A stretch of 45,030 bases of DNA, the filler included, from Jimgerdemannia flammicorona (Eukaryota): NCBI GenBank assembly GCA_003990765.1. It is 2 parts of 2 records of this genome, joined end to end, with 100 filler letters (N's around TTAATTAATTAA, not from the genome) between each part and the next. Parts side by side here need not be neighbours in the genome. Positions count along the whole stretch, not along the records: positions 1 to 22,468 come from RBNJ01001274.1; 1 more part is not named here. One strand, given 5' to 3'. Below the pieces are notes generated by a model, which saw only the letters and a list, made by a program, of their open reading frames with translations, was not told the origin of the DNA and made no database searches. Each line of letters begins with the position of its first letter. Positions within the stretch are counted from its first letter, which is position 1. Shown piece after piece: positions 1 through 13,100 of this stretch. The position numbers and the translations under genes are program-made.

Positions 1-2
1 TT

Positions 3-752
3 TTTTTTGGTTCAATTACAAAATCCATTTATTTCGCTTCTACAACCTCGTCCCCCATTGCCAACCTTCTCTTCCAATACGCCCGACCCCAGGTTGCCCG
101 TCTCATCGATCCTCTTGTCCACCCCAACTGAGCGACTTCCTCACAGTCGGATGACTTCCGTCGCCTTCGGCCAAAACGTCCCTCCGTACCTTGGGAGTGC
201 TCCTCGCGGCGTTGGCGACCTTGATGCACACGGATGTGGTAGACGGCGTAATCTGGGTGATTGTGCTGTCGATGATCACTGTTCCCGTGATGGAATGGGA
301 CGATCGAGCTATAGATGGCAGACTTGATGGTGAACGCGCATCCGGTATTCCACTTCACGTCATGGACACTACAGCGGGCCATCCTAAACCATGCCCTAAA
401 CCATCTCTTTATCTCGCACGGCGATGTGGAGTCGGCGCACAAGGCGCTGTAGACAGAGACTCCGCTTCTTGTACAGCTGTACTTTGGAGATCAGCGTGTA
501 ACGATATGGCTCGGTCGGCACACGGTGATGGCAACGGAGGTTGGTCGAGGACCCCGAGTGTGGTTTCGCGGGAAACGTGAGGCGGATGCGGGCGCTGGAG
601 TAGATCGAGAGCACGAGGTCGATATAGTAGAGGAGGCGATGTATGGGGGAATTGGGTTAGTACACTTGCAATCGCTGGTTAAAGAAATGACGAAGGCCAG
701 GAATTACGATTTGTATGGTGGTGATGGAAACTGTGAAGATGAACTGATTTAG
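3..752 (+). pseudogene. Possible degenerate or partial gene of unknown family
   Basis: GC- and CpG-rich, protein-like segments (SIYFASTTSSPIANLLFQYARPQ; MADLMVNAHPVFHFTSW...HKAL*TETPLLVQLYFGD...CEDELI*) broken by stops and frame changes. No recognisable motif. Confidence 0.2.
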
Positions 753-959
753 ATGTAGTTGTATGCTATTTATTTAGAACAGTCTGCAATGATGGCGAAG
801 CGATTCTAAATGTGCACATGCGTACAATACAATTTACTAAACTTAAATTCAGTTCTTCAAAATCAATCGGCTAACAGGGAAGTCAAATAAGAGGGCGGAA
901 AGGAAATAATTCTTAAATGTCTTTGATTGTTTCTCAACACCATCCCCAGCTTGTGCACA

Positions 960-2472
960 TTAAATCTGTAACCCCTCCACCACCTCCTTCAACCTCCTCA
1001 ACACGCCAACTTCATTCTCATTCTCATTCTCCTTCTCCTCCTGCTCCATCGCCATGGCCTTTCCCGCAACCTCCTGCGCGGACGACGACGCGCGCAATTG
1101 GATCCGGGACAACTGGTCGGTAAGCGCGTCGAGCTCCGAAAACGGGTCCGTGGCGGAGGCGTGCGGTGTGGAGGATATGGACATTGTTGGCGTCGGCGCG
1201 CGGATGAAGTGCTTGAGGAGCCGAATGATCTGCCATGGGTATGCTCGGGCGTCAAACCATGGACGATTATAGCCACATATAGAAATATGCGCCAATGGAA
1301 GCCATCATAACACACGCTACTATACCTTAATGACCTGCCCCATAATATCGTCCTCCTTGGCACTTATTCCCGGCTCCTCCACGTCCATCTCGTCATCCTC
1401 GTCCGACGAAACACGTCGCTCCTCCACCCTCGCTCTTATCAGCATGTCGAGTCTTGACTGAGCGAGGTCCAGGGGCGTGCGTTTCCGACGCGGCCGCGGG
1501 GCGGCGGAGGTATACGGCGGTGAGGGGTCGAAGGGAGGGATTTGGGCGCCTATTAAGAGGGGTGAATGTCGGAGGTGATCATATATGAAAAGTGATGTAG
1601 TAGTGAGAACCAATTCGTGGAATGTGCTTAAGTATATGTGTTAATTGAAGCGAATTGAAAAACGGACTCACCCGCCTCAAGTAATGCCAATACGCAGTCA
1701 ACGTTGTTCGAGATCACGGCTGCCAGATGGACCGATAAGTGCATTAATGAGAAACGAGAAAGTGGGATTAGAATAGAGTTGGTGAGTTAAAATCAGAATC
1801 ATCCATTGCCACCCTTCCACATCCATTGCAATATAACCAAGACAAAGTACGTGCCCAGATCCAAGGGTCGATTACCCATCACGTCCCCCACCGGATTATT
1901 CACGTCCGCACCGCGCCGCACCAGCAGCCGGGTGACATCGGCCTTGCCACCGGCGCAGGCGACTAGGAGGGGCGTGCGCAGCTTGCTGTCGCGAATCAGG
2001 TCGGGGTTTCGAGTATGGCAAACCGAGAGGAGGGCGTCGACTTGATGGTGGGGAAAAGAGGTTTTTAAATTTGAAATGATGAAATTGAAGTGGTGAACGT
2101 GTTGATTTGGCTGGTAATTCAGATTACCGATAATACAATAAGATGTTTTTAGTAGTAGGCCACATGATCTGTTTTTTTTTTTTTTTTTTTTTTTATAAAA
2201 AAAAAGTCTGGACGATGAAATTGAAAGGGACGCGCACCTTTACTTGCATCCCCTTGCGCACAAGCGATCATCAGGTCCTCCTTCTCAGCTGACCATGCCA
2301 AAGCGGCTCTCAAGGCTGCGCTCGTGCTTGGCTGCGGAGCGCGCGTGTTCTGGATGCGTGGACGTTGAGTTTTGTGGAGCGGGTTGAAATGTCTTGGTGA
2401 CTCTGGTGGGAGTGGTTTATGAGGTTTTGGTGACAGACTCGTTGGCGGCAGACGAGCTGGAGTGTAAGGCAT
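960..2472 (-). CDS. Ankyrin-repeat protein, ANKRD54-like, 5 exons, 320 aa: complement(join(960..1229,1326..1549,1672..1719,1855..2040,2238..2472))
   Basis: The spliced model is open throughout (963 nt). Ankyrin repeats LRTPLLVACAGGKADVTRLLVRRGADVN, GNRPLDLAVISNNVDCVLALLEAGA and RTPLDLAQSRLDML. The C-terminal IIRLLKHFI...ELDALTDQL resembles the ANKRD54 tail as I recall it. Intron 1720..1854 is GC-AG. Confidence 0.85.
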
Positions 2473-2649
2473 TGGCGGTGGTGGAGGGGATGGGAGGAGG
2501 TCCAGAGTGTGGCTTGGGTTCCTTGTGGCGAGGACCCTGTCTCTTTCGAGGTCTGTGCACCTGTATGGTCATGTGACCCCATCAAACGTCTCTTCAACTT
2601 ACTACCACCACCACCCCACTTCCCCTCCACCCAACTACCCCGCAACCCA
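2473..2649. promoter_or_regulatory. Putative bidirectional promoter between the ankyrin gene and SIN1
   Basis: Only 177 nt separate the divergent ATGs. Contains the near-palindromic E-box GGTCATGTGACC at 2567..2578. Confidence 0.55.
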
Positions 2650-5600
2650 ATGGCCCTCATAACCGATCCAACCTTCCTCATCCACCAGATGCGCGTCAAG
2701 TACATGCGCATCGACGACCGTGTCGCAGAGCGCATCCTCACATTCTCGCCCACTACAATGACAAACGATTACATCAAGACAGCCGCTCCCGTCTATCCCG
2801 AGATGCAGTACGCTTACTCCCCCACCTACCACCACAACGACAACTTCCTCTCTGGCGGTGCTGCTGGCAGACCCGCACTAACCTCAACCCCATCCTTTGG
2901 CAAGCCAAAATCTCTGGCCTACGGCGGGCGGAGGAAGAAGGAGGTACAGGTCGTGCCGCCCCCAACACACACGAGGGACAACGACAAAAGCAGCGTCGAC
3001 AGCGATGACGAAATTGATATCGAGGAAGATGAGAGCGTGAGGTGAGCCAAGTTGTTTTTTAGGAAAAAACGAGCTTGGGAGATTGTGGAAACCTTGATCG
3101 ATGTACATAAATAGTTAAAAATGATGAAGAGAGAGAGAGAGAGAGGAGGGAGCCTACATCGTACATCGACACAAGCTCACATTCATCTTGTAAATATTGC
3201 AGCGGTAGCGGCAAACCACGACCGCCCATCTTCCGAAAAATCAGCGGCCTACCCAACAACAAGCCCCGCAAGAGCTCGGCACCGGCCCTCTTCGTCACCG
3301 CGCCTTCCAAACCGCCCGACAGCTCGCAACAGCTTTCCGCTGAATCCTTCTCGCCAACCCAAAACCCGCTCAGCTCCCCAGGCGACCTCATGTCTCCCCG
3401 CCTAATAATGGTAGATTCCGTCTCACCATCGCCCTCGGCGCAGATCGACCCCTATTCCCTCATCCCCTCCGTAGACTCGACCACCGATCCAACACCAAAA
3501 ACCTCCCCCGAGATCGAACCCTCAGACGCCGTCTCCGACGCCGCAAAATCTCACCCGGGTACCGAGGATCACGACGTCGACGACCTTACTCCCTTCTCCT
3601 CTCCCGGCGGAACAGGCGGCATGAGCACCATTGCGCCGAACCCGATCATTCCTCTTCCGCCACTCCCAACTCTTCGTCTAGCTAACCTAGCCCTGGACCC
3701 GCTGAATGCGACGACGCGCGAGGGGTTCCCACAGACGCACCACGACCGTACAACTCCCCTCGCCAATCCCTCCGGACGCCCTTTGCCGCTCACGCCGACC
3801 CGTTCCCGCTCCACCCCGACCTCGAATCTCCCCTCGACGACCTCGAGCTTCTCGACCCCGACCTCGCGCCCGCACGCCGCCTCCTCCCCCGCCGCCCCTA
3901 TCCTACCACAGCAGCTCAAGCCGCGCTCCGCCCTCACAGCTCTCATTGCCGAGAAGAAGTCTGCTGCAGAAAACCCGTTCGCTGCCGAGTTCTCGTTCCA
4001 TTCGGGTAAGGGCGAGCCGAGTCCGATGACCCTGTGCGTATACACCCCCTACGCCACCACGCCAAAGGAACCCATGACCGTCGTCGTGAAGAGGGAGTGT
4101 AGTGTCGAGGATGTGATTGGGTATGCGTTGTATCAGTACATGGACGAGAAACGCGAGCCCGGGTTGAAGGAGGAACTGTGGGATATTAATTTGTGGGTCC
4201 TGAGGATTGCGGAGGACGATGGCGAGATTGAGGAGGATTTGCCAGGTATGGGTTGCGCCGATTTTTTTTTTTTCTGTCACTCTTTGTCCATCATTGAGCT
4301 CAAGAGACGGGAGGGGGTAAAATACTTTTTTTTTTTTAAAAAAGAAAAAATTTAATTCGGGGAGGGGGCAATAGCGAACATCCATGCTTGTGGAATTATG
4401 CTGACCGCTTGATATTTATACGATTCGATTCATTACATATATTTGCTTTTCAACACATTCAACCAGCCGTGGACCGGTCGCAAAGGATTGCTAAAGTTTC
4501 TTTTGATCAATTTGCACTATGTGAGGCAACGCCAGCGCAAGGTGAGAATCATATGTTTTTCAATTGTTACCGAAAAAATGCGAATATATCTAAAAAAGGG
4601 AGGTCACATCGTTAAATAGCCGCGTCATAATGAGCACATTCGTCTACTTCTCACAACATCCACCCCGCTTCTGGCACATTTTTAGTCAAACTTAATGAAC
4701 AACTTCATGCCAAACTCATGAAGACCCGACCACCGCCTAACTACGGCTCCTCCGCCGTTCTCACTACCCTCCCCACCAACCCTTCCTCCACCACCACCAA
4801 CCTCGCCTCCACCGCCGCCGCGACCAACAACTCTACCCTTGCAGCCGCATCCGCTGCCGCCGCGCTCATGAACCCTGTCACGGCAACGCTAGCGGCGCCC
4901 GCGATGACGGCCTCGTCGTCTGCTCAACAGCCCTCTAACTCGCAACAACCTCCACCGGCATCGGCGGCGGCGGTGCCCGTCCCCTCGTCCAAATCGACGC
5001 TCACAAAGTCCACGCTCACCAACCCCGTGTACCAGTATCTCCGCGTGCGGCTCATGACTAGCCAGGAGGTCGCAGCCACCATGACCGTCGCCGTGTACGC
5101 CGACATGTTCCTCGGCGACGTGTTGGACCTCTTATGTCGCAAGCGCAAGCTCGACCCGAACCTGTACGTGCTCAAGTTCCCTGACTCTAACCTCATTGTG
5201 CCACTCGATTCCACCGTCGAGAGCTTGCATGGCGTACAGGAGATGACGCTTGTCAAGAAGATGGCGGGATTGACGGCACCGTCGAGCTGTGAGTGTTCGC
5301 TTGGTGTTTTGGGATGATCTAGTTCACTAATTGAATGAGAGCAGAATTGGGGTGAGGTTGGGAATGCGTTGTTATCACCGCGTAATGACACATATTTGCA
5401 TTTCCGTCCTTCTTGGCCACACCGGTGATCTTCACTTGACCATATAGCGAGTCATATCTGGCGATCACCGAGTCGGAAGAGGGCGGACCTATATCAGCCG
5501 ATGTACTCGCCAAACCCCTCGTCGTCGAACGAAGGCAGCGCGTATATGTCGCAGTATAAGGTGAATTGCAGTGGGTGGGGAGTGCGTTTAATGTTGTTTG

Positions 5601-6333
5601 GGTGGGGTTGTGGTTTTGGAGAATGATGAGTTGAGGAAGTGGAAGGGAGAGTCGTTAATTTAATAGCGGATGACTTTCCACATTCAAGCGTGCTGCCGTG
5701 TCTTTTGCGACCGGCAGTCCATAACGTGTTTCTTGACCTCACCTTTCGTACCCGCTATGCAAGTGCCTAAACCGCTCGTTACATCTCTGTCTCTCATGCA
5801 GAAATACATTGTAAACCGCAAGATGCCCGTGTTCGTTGGGCGCCGCGAGAGCACGCTAGCCATCGACGGGGACTACGTGCACATTATGCCGCCGGAGAAT
5901 AAGGGCATGTTTGAGATGAAGACGGTGAGTTTTCGAGATGCCGTGGCCTTCGTTACCGAACAATTCGTTTTGTATTATACCATTAATATATGCCCATCTA
6001 TTCATTGCAGTCGTCGTACCACATCAGCGCTGTCGAGTCATGCAAGCAGAGCAAGAAGGTGCCAACGAATTTCAAGCTCGTCGCGGTGCGCGATCGAGAT
6101 CAGAAGAGTTACGATCTGGAGGCGGAAACACCGAAAGAAGCGAGTGAGTTAGCCTTATACGGTGTTTAGCTTTCCGGAATATTGGCTACGGAGAGAAGTT
6201 CATCGTGTTTGCGAGATTGCTCGCCATGGATACATGCCCGTGAAAGACTCAATCTCCCTCTTTCGTACCTTTTGTAGGTGAGATCTGCACGGCAGTCAAC
6301 TTCTTGATACAAAAGAACAAGGGAACGAAGTGA
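2650..6333 (+). CDS. SIN1: TORC2 subunit Sin1/Avo1/MAPKAP1, 8 exons: join(2650..3041,3203..4245,4467..4541,4686..5288,5448..5560,5802..5924,6011..6143,6278..6333)
   Basis: N-terminus MALITDPTFLIHQMRVKYMRIDD; CRIM region SVEDVIGYALYQY...WVLRIAEDDGEIEEDLPAVDR; ubiquitin-like RBD FLGDVLDLLCRKRKLDP; C-terminal PH domain YIVNRKMPVFVGRRESTLAIDGDYVHIMP...YDLEAETPKEASEICTAV. All introns are GT-AG and phase-consistent. Confidence 0.93.
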
Positions 6334-7568
6334 AGGATGACAGGGCGATCAGAATAGGCGAAAAACAGGGACGCAGGTCCAGAGTGGGGAGAACTGTACT
6401 TGAGTTTGTATATATGATTTTCCATGTCTCAATTTTTTCTACTTCTTTTTTTCTTTTCTTGTACTTTTTTCTTCTTGTATTTTTTTCCTCCTGTTTCTCC
6501 CATTGAGAGATGCTTGATGTAAATATGACACTGCCCTTGTGGCTACCAGTTATACGTGACCGTTTGACATTATTCGTGTTCTTAGCCACGGTATACCTTG
6601 GACTCAATCCGTTGACATCGACCTTACAATAGCTATCTTATACATAGCTTTGTTGCGAAAGTCCTTGCTACCGCCTTACTTTCTCGCTTTAACGTGTATT
6701 CCCACATCATTTTCTCTTTCAAGCGAATCATAGACATTTTTTTTTTTTTTTCAACTTTGCTGGTCATTTTAAACATCTCTATGACGTTGATGGACTCCGA
6801 GTCCTTATTATGCGTTTGCTGTGCAGAAATATTAGAGCTCATTATATCAATGTTGCCTGACCGACCTGCCCTGAAAACGTTAACAATCGCAACGCGTACA
6901 AAAGCCTGCCCGCTCAATCCAGTGAACTGCGACACCGATATATCCAGGTGGGTTTTGTTCTTGTCCCCACGGATTCAAGACGGATTCGGCGGCGGTGTGG
7001 TAGTTTGAAGTCCAATGTGGATGTGGAGGGGAACCCGTAGCATTAACAATATTGGCAATGAAGTTTCGTCCTTGCTCAACGGATTCGTCAGTTGGCTTTC
7101 TCGAGAAGACGGGCTGCCAAGAAGAGATCACTGGGCGTTTGGATCAGCCCCCTCTAGGAATATTTCACTATTGAGAGCGGACACGTCTGCATACTCAATC
7201 AAGACCTCCTTAAAGCACCCATTGGCACGTGAATGGTGTGATTGTTTAATTATAGTGTTTAAGTGGTAAACCACTGTTGTTATATACCATTTGAAATAGC
7301 TGTTCATGCAGAACATGGGAGCCGCATGATAAAATTTTTCGCGTGGTGTGAAAGATATACTCCTAGGACACATGCTATGATTGACCAAGTTTTCGCTGGA
7401 TTCGGACCCTCCTTATTTTGATCTCCCATCTCCACCATACAACACATCATTACATCTTCTTTCGATAAGACGCAGTCCCAATTGGCCACTGACGCGACAG
7501 CCATCCGATAGTCCATTTAAAGAAACGCGATCGATATGTTTTTCCCCATTCCTCAATTCAAACCAACC

Positions 7569-8483
7569 ATGCCCGTCGTCGCCTTCGACGTCATTGGTAC
7601 CCTCTTTGCCCTCGATGTGGCCATCGACCAGCTCGCCGCTACCTTTCCCAACCTATCCGTCCCGTCCCATGTTGCCTTCTACCTCTGGCTCTGGGCTGGC
7701 CTCCGCGACTACTTCGCCAGCTCGCATGCCGGCCCCTATGTGCCTCTCATGACCGTGCTGCGTGCCTCGCTGCCACGCACCCTGGCCGTTGTGGGGTACG
7801 ACATGTCGGTGGTCAAAGACGAAGACTACGATGCTGTCATGGCCTCGTTCAAACGGTTGGAGCTCGCGCCCGGAATGGCCGACGCGGTGAAGCGTCTGAG
7901 CGGTCTCGGGTGGGAGGTGTGGGGGGTGACGAACGGTGGGAAGGAGGCGACGATCGCATCGTTGGGGCGGACAGGTTTGCTCGAGTATTTTGGCGGCGGG
8001 AAGAATGTGCAGTCGTGCGACGATTTGCAGCTTTCCAAGCCTCACCCCAGGGTTTACAATACTTGGATGAGGACGGTGGTCCATGAGACAAAAAAGATTG
8101 AGGTAGGTCCTTTTCGTAAACATTCGCGAACGTTGCAAGCCTTTGAGAGTCTCGGGTATATATACACGTAAATAATCATGTGTTGGAAAAAGACCTTTAT
8201 GTATATAAATCCCCTCTCACTCCCACCCCTCCCATTCCAGAATTTCTATTTCATCGCCACGCACGCATGGGATCTCGGTGGCGCGCATAACAACGCCATA
8301 CGCACCGTGTTCCTGACCACCGAGGAGAAGATCTACATCCCTGGAGTATTCGAGAAACCCGACGTTCAGGGCGACACCATAGAAGAGTGCGTAGAACAGA
8401 TGGTCGGGCTGGAGAGGCGGAAGAGCCTGCTTTGGACCAAGGGTACGGATGCCGTCAAGTTGAGAGTTACTGAACCGTTGTGA
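7569..8483 (+). CDS. HAD-superfamily hydrolase, type II 2-haloacid dehalogenase-like: join(7569..8102,8241..8483)
   Basis: Motif I AFDVIGTL, motif II VTNG, motif III SKPHP and motif IV ATHAWD. One GT-AG intron at 8103..8240. Confidence 0.9.
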
Positions 8484-9024
8484 GAGGACATTTGGTTTTC
8501 TCGTGTCATCGGGGACTTTTTTTTTTTTTTTTGTGTATTGGTTTTACTGTTATATAATCAATACTCCCTTGTGTATGTTTATGCAACGAACAATGTCCAA
8601 GGATTTGTAGGCTATCAACCCTGTATTTTTTTGTTGTAATCATTCGAATTCCTCTTTGGTGGAATTGGATATGCCTATCAGTCATAAATGTACTATACAA
8701 TGAGTGTACAGCACGATACTATTCACCTGCCAGTCAGTGTTGGAATGCGAGTATGTACCATCCACATTAATGACGACAAGTGGTTCTTGGCGTGACGTCA
8801 TCAATCCTGATCGATGTCTTTTGTTAGGCATTCTCTATAAAATAAAATTCACTTTGGTTGTCAGCATCATGCCGATCGTCTACATCTTGCAGGCCCACCA
8901 CACTTCAATCGAACTTCTGACATTTTCACCTTCTTCCATGCCATTAAACCCATGGCCGACAGTGATACACCATCTCTGCTCATGTTTCTGTTGACAGTAT
9001 ATACTCCTGGAGCTTGTCCACTAT

Positions 9025-9709
9025 AGATAGGTTATTCTAAATATGATACTATCTGGAAACTCTTGGTCAATCTCAAAAATATGCAAGATCTTTTTCAAGA
9101 ATTTAAAAACAAAAAAATGCATTGATCATTTATGCAGATTTTCTCTTTAAATAGTTAATAAAAGTTAAGTAATTAACTTAACTATTAGAGATTCACTGAG
9201 ATATTAGTACTAGAGAAGTATAAAAATATCTTTCTAATAAGATTTGAATCTCCTTACTATTGATCAAATAGTTATTATATAAAGTTCTCACTTTATATAA
9301 AGATAATTAATTTTTACTAATACAAGTAAAATTTATTAAAATTTATTTTTATTTTATTATTTTTAAAAAGAAAAATATAAAATTTTTATATAGTTTATTT
9401 AATTAGTTATATTTTCTCTTTTTATAATATTCTAATACTTTCTAAATATCTAAAACTCTTCTTTTAATATTTAGTTATAGTTAGAATATTTTTATTTTTT
9501 ATTTTTAATATTAATTATTTTATTTTAGCTAATTATAGAAACTTATAAAACATTATAAACTTTTCTAATTATTTTTAGTTTAAACTTTATTTTGATATAT
9601 ATTTAAGATTTTTTAAAAATTTTTCTTTTCAATTTTATATAAATATTCTCTTTATTTACTTAAATATATCTTAAAATATTTTTAAAATATCTTCTTTTAG
9701 AATAGTTGA
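9025..9709 (+). mobile_element. Relic 3' end of a chromovirus (chromodomain C-half, 3' UTR, PPT, partial LTR), related to Gypsy-A and inverted relative to it
   Basis: 9028-9110 reads IGYSKYDTIWKLLVNLKNMQDLFQEF, matching the Gypsy-A chromodomain. 9240-9700 aligns to the reverse complement of Gypsy-A ~9810-10340. Extremely AT-rich. Confidence 0.7.
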
Positions 9710-10163
9710 TATAATAGTTCTAGTTTCTTTAAGAGAAAGTAGCTAAGACTAGTAATTCTGACAAGCTTAAAGTAGCTCAAAGAGATACTTATAGATTTAA
9801 GTATTTTCAAAAAATTTCTAAAAAAAAATATTCTGAGCTTTATTTAATTAGAAAATAAGGATATTTATATAAAATCTGAAAGAAAGATCCAGAAGGATCT
9901 CAGAAAAAAAGAGAAAAGCTAAGAAATAAGTTCTTAGCAAAGATGACTAATAATATTCTATAATATTTCAAACTAGCCAAGATATGAAACTTAGTACTGA
10001 GAAAAGATAAGAATATTCTAATAAGGTCTTAGTACTAAGAGAAGATTTCTAGATATTTAAAAGATACTAGAACATAGTAGAATATATAAAAAAAGATAAG
10101 AAAAGACTAATAAAAATATACAAAAAAGTACTAAGACTAAATTATAACTATAAAATTATTATA
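9710..10163 (-). repeat. Gypsy-A 3' LTR, with PPT at 10164..10176
   Basis: Direct repeat of 15291..15717. Termini tataat/attata are mutated TGTAA/TTACA. The adjacent purine tract on the minus strand is AAGGAGAGAGAGA. Confidence 0.9.
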
Positions 10164-13100
10164 TCTCTCTCTCCTTAAGAACCAATATCCCCATTAAATT
10201 CTTAGATAATATAAGATTAAATATACTTAACTAAAATTTCTCAAACTTTTATCAGTATATTGATGAGAACTGGCTATCTTTATATAGAGCAGAGAGCCTA
10301 TATTAGATTAACTAACTAGGAGAGATTTAAATTTAGCTAGTAGTCTTATTTCAGTAAACTTTATGTTTACTAGATATTCTGCTAATTTCAGAGTCCCAAA
10401 GTGAACTTCATACTGGTTATTGCTATAGATCATTAATAATCCAAGAAAGTCACTATAAAGATTAAGTAATATGTTTTGCCTCAAAGTCTTGAATTAGATC
10501 TTAAGAGTTCTTGAGATTGATCAGTAGTTTCCAGATAGTATTATATTTAGAGTAACTCATCTACTGAATCAGATATTCAAGATAATAGTAACATATTTGC
10601 TTGTTAAGAATTTTCTTAACCTCATACTTGATATGATCTTCAATAATTACAGAAATAGATAGCTTGAGAATTCTACCAGAGTAGGACGGTAACTAATTCC
10701 AGATCTTAAGATATAATACATATGAAAGACTAGATATACTCTTATAATTTCAGGTAGCTTGAGATGGTAGGAGGATATAAAGACTTATTTGATAATCTCA
10801 AAAGTCTAATATACTTAAGTTGGAACTTATTTGATAGATGGTTGACTTGAAATTATATCTTGAGATTTTCAGTAGATAGTAAGACTTAATCTCTAATAGT
10901 ATAGGTAATATTATAGAACTTCTTATCAGCATACTTGGCTTGATGCTATTGGGCCTTCTGGAGGTTTATAGTAGCAATCTTGAGTAGCTCATTCATTTTG
11001 TTAGTAAGATTCTTAGTAGTAGAGACTTGTATTTAACTGCTTTTCTTAAAAAAAAAAAACTAGACTTGCAGAGATCTCAGGATCTTGACTATAGAGTAGT
11101 TAAAAAGAAAAAAGACCAGTAGATAATTGGATAGTATTGTTATATATAAATTCTGTATAAGTTAAATAGTGATCCCAATTATCTTACTTATAAGAAATAT
11201 AGTTTCTAAGTATCTATTCTAGAGTTCTGTTCATATACTTGATTTGTCTATTAGTTTGTAGGTAAAAGATAGTAGATATAGCCAATTGAGTTCTCAGAGT
11301 CTTAAAGAGAGTTTACTAAAAGTAACTGATAAACTTGGGATCACAATCACTGATAATTACTTATGATAGGTCATAGTGACAGAAGATGAACTTAAAGAAG
11401 ATTTTTACAATCTTAAGTATAGTAGTATTGGTAGTAGTTGATTCAGTAATCATAGTCTTAGTCAGATGGTTGACAAATACAATAATAGTATTAGTACTAG
11501 ATTGAGTTCATAGTAGTTGAGTTACAAAGTTCATTATAACTTACTTGAATTTCTTAGTTGAAATTAAGAGTGGTTATAGCAAACCAGTTAGTGCTTAATT
11601 GGTAGACTTATTGAACTGATAGAGATTATAGCTAGTAATATAGTTCTTGATTTCCATAACCATACTTGGCCAATAGTAGCAGTATTGAATATTTTTAACT
11701 GTTTTCTCAATTCTAAGATAATTAGTAAGAGGAAAGTAATGGTATTCTTGTAGTATCTTTTAGTATAGATTTATGTTATCAGATAGATAGACTTAGTCTT
11801 AATAATAGATCAGATTGTCCTCAATAGTATATATATCCTTGAGCTCATTTGAGAAAACTCTAGTAGTAATAGTATCTTTTTGTACCAAGATGACTTACAT
11901 AATTGTAATGAGGTCTGAGTATCTGGATAAGATATCTGATACTACAAGTATCTTGCCAGACTTATAAATAATCATTGGGTTGAAGGTTTGAAGCTTGGGA
12001 CTCCACTTGACTTATAGATATGATAGAGTAGATTGGGTATTGATGTACTTGAGTACTTAATGGTCAGTGATGACATCAAACTCAATATCTTCTAGATAGT
12101 ATTATCAGTAGTCTAGTATATATATTATTATCAGCAGCTCTTTCTCATAAGTGACTAGCTTTTATTTAGCTGAGACTAACTTATAGAATTTGAAGACAAT
12201 AGAGTAATATTCTTTACCATCATCTTAAAACAGAACTACTTCAAAGACAAAATTTGATACATTAGTAGTAATAGTAAATTTTAGACTTAGATTTACATTA
12301 TGCAGAACTAGAGTATGGGTCAGACTATTTTTGAGTTCTTAGAAGACTTATTGACAGAAGAGGTCCCAGGTATAAGATATATAGTAATCAGAGTAAGGTA
12401 TTTTCCTTATGAGATTAGTCAGTAGCTCAGCAATATTAAAGAAAGTAATGATAGTAGCAGCTAGACCAAGAAAGGACCAGAGTTCTGTGAGGTTTAATAG
12501 AATAGACCATTCTTGGATTGTCTCTATTTTATATAGATCAACTTGAATTCTTTGTACAGAGATAATATAGCTAAGATATTTGATTTGTTCTTTGAAGAAT
12601 TCATACTTCTTAAGCTTTGTATAAAGCTTGTGTTTTTGCAGGATCTTCAGAACTATTCAGATATACTTGAGGTATTCTTCTTTAGTTATACTAAAGATCA
12701 GAATATTATTAAGATATACCAATAAAGAGATAAATAGTTAATTCTTGAATATCTTATTTATGAGAGTCCAGAATATAGTAGATATATCAGTAAGATAAAA
12801 TACTAGAACTAGAAATTCATAAAGTCTAAAGAGAGTTATGAATGCAGTCTTAAAAATATCTTCTGGCTTGATTTGGATTTAGTGGTATTCTGATATAAGA
12901 TTTAACTTAGTAAAGTACTTGAAATTCTTGAGAGTATCAAAATTTGATCAATCAAGGATATTGGATATCAGTTCTTAACTATAAGCTTATTGAATATACA
13001 GTAGTCTATATATATTTACAAAATACTATTCTTTTTTTTGACAAATAGAACTGGTGAGCCAAGGGGGACTTACAGAGTTGAATAGCTTCTTATATAAGTA

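Noticed and set aside
960..2472. Calling the ankyrin gene AVO2 because it neighbours SIN1/AVO1
   Set aside because: Its C-terminal pattern resembles ANKRD54 more closely; orthology needs a phylogeny.
6334..7568. Short ORFs between SIN1 and the HAD gene
   Set aside because: They cross homopolymer tracts and have no motifs or consistent splice structure; likely UTR and promoter sequence.
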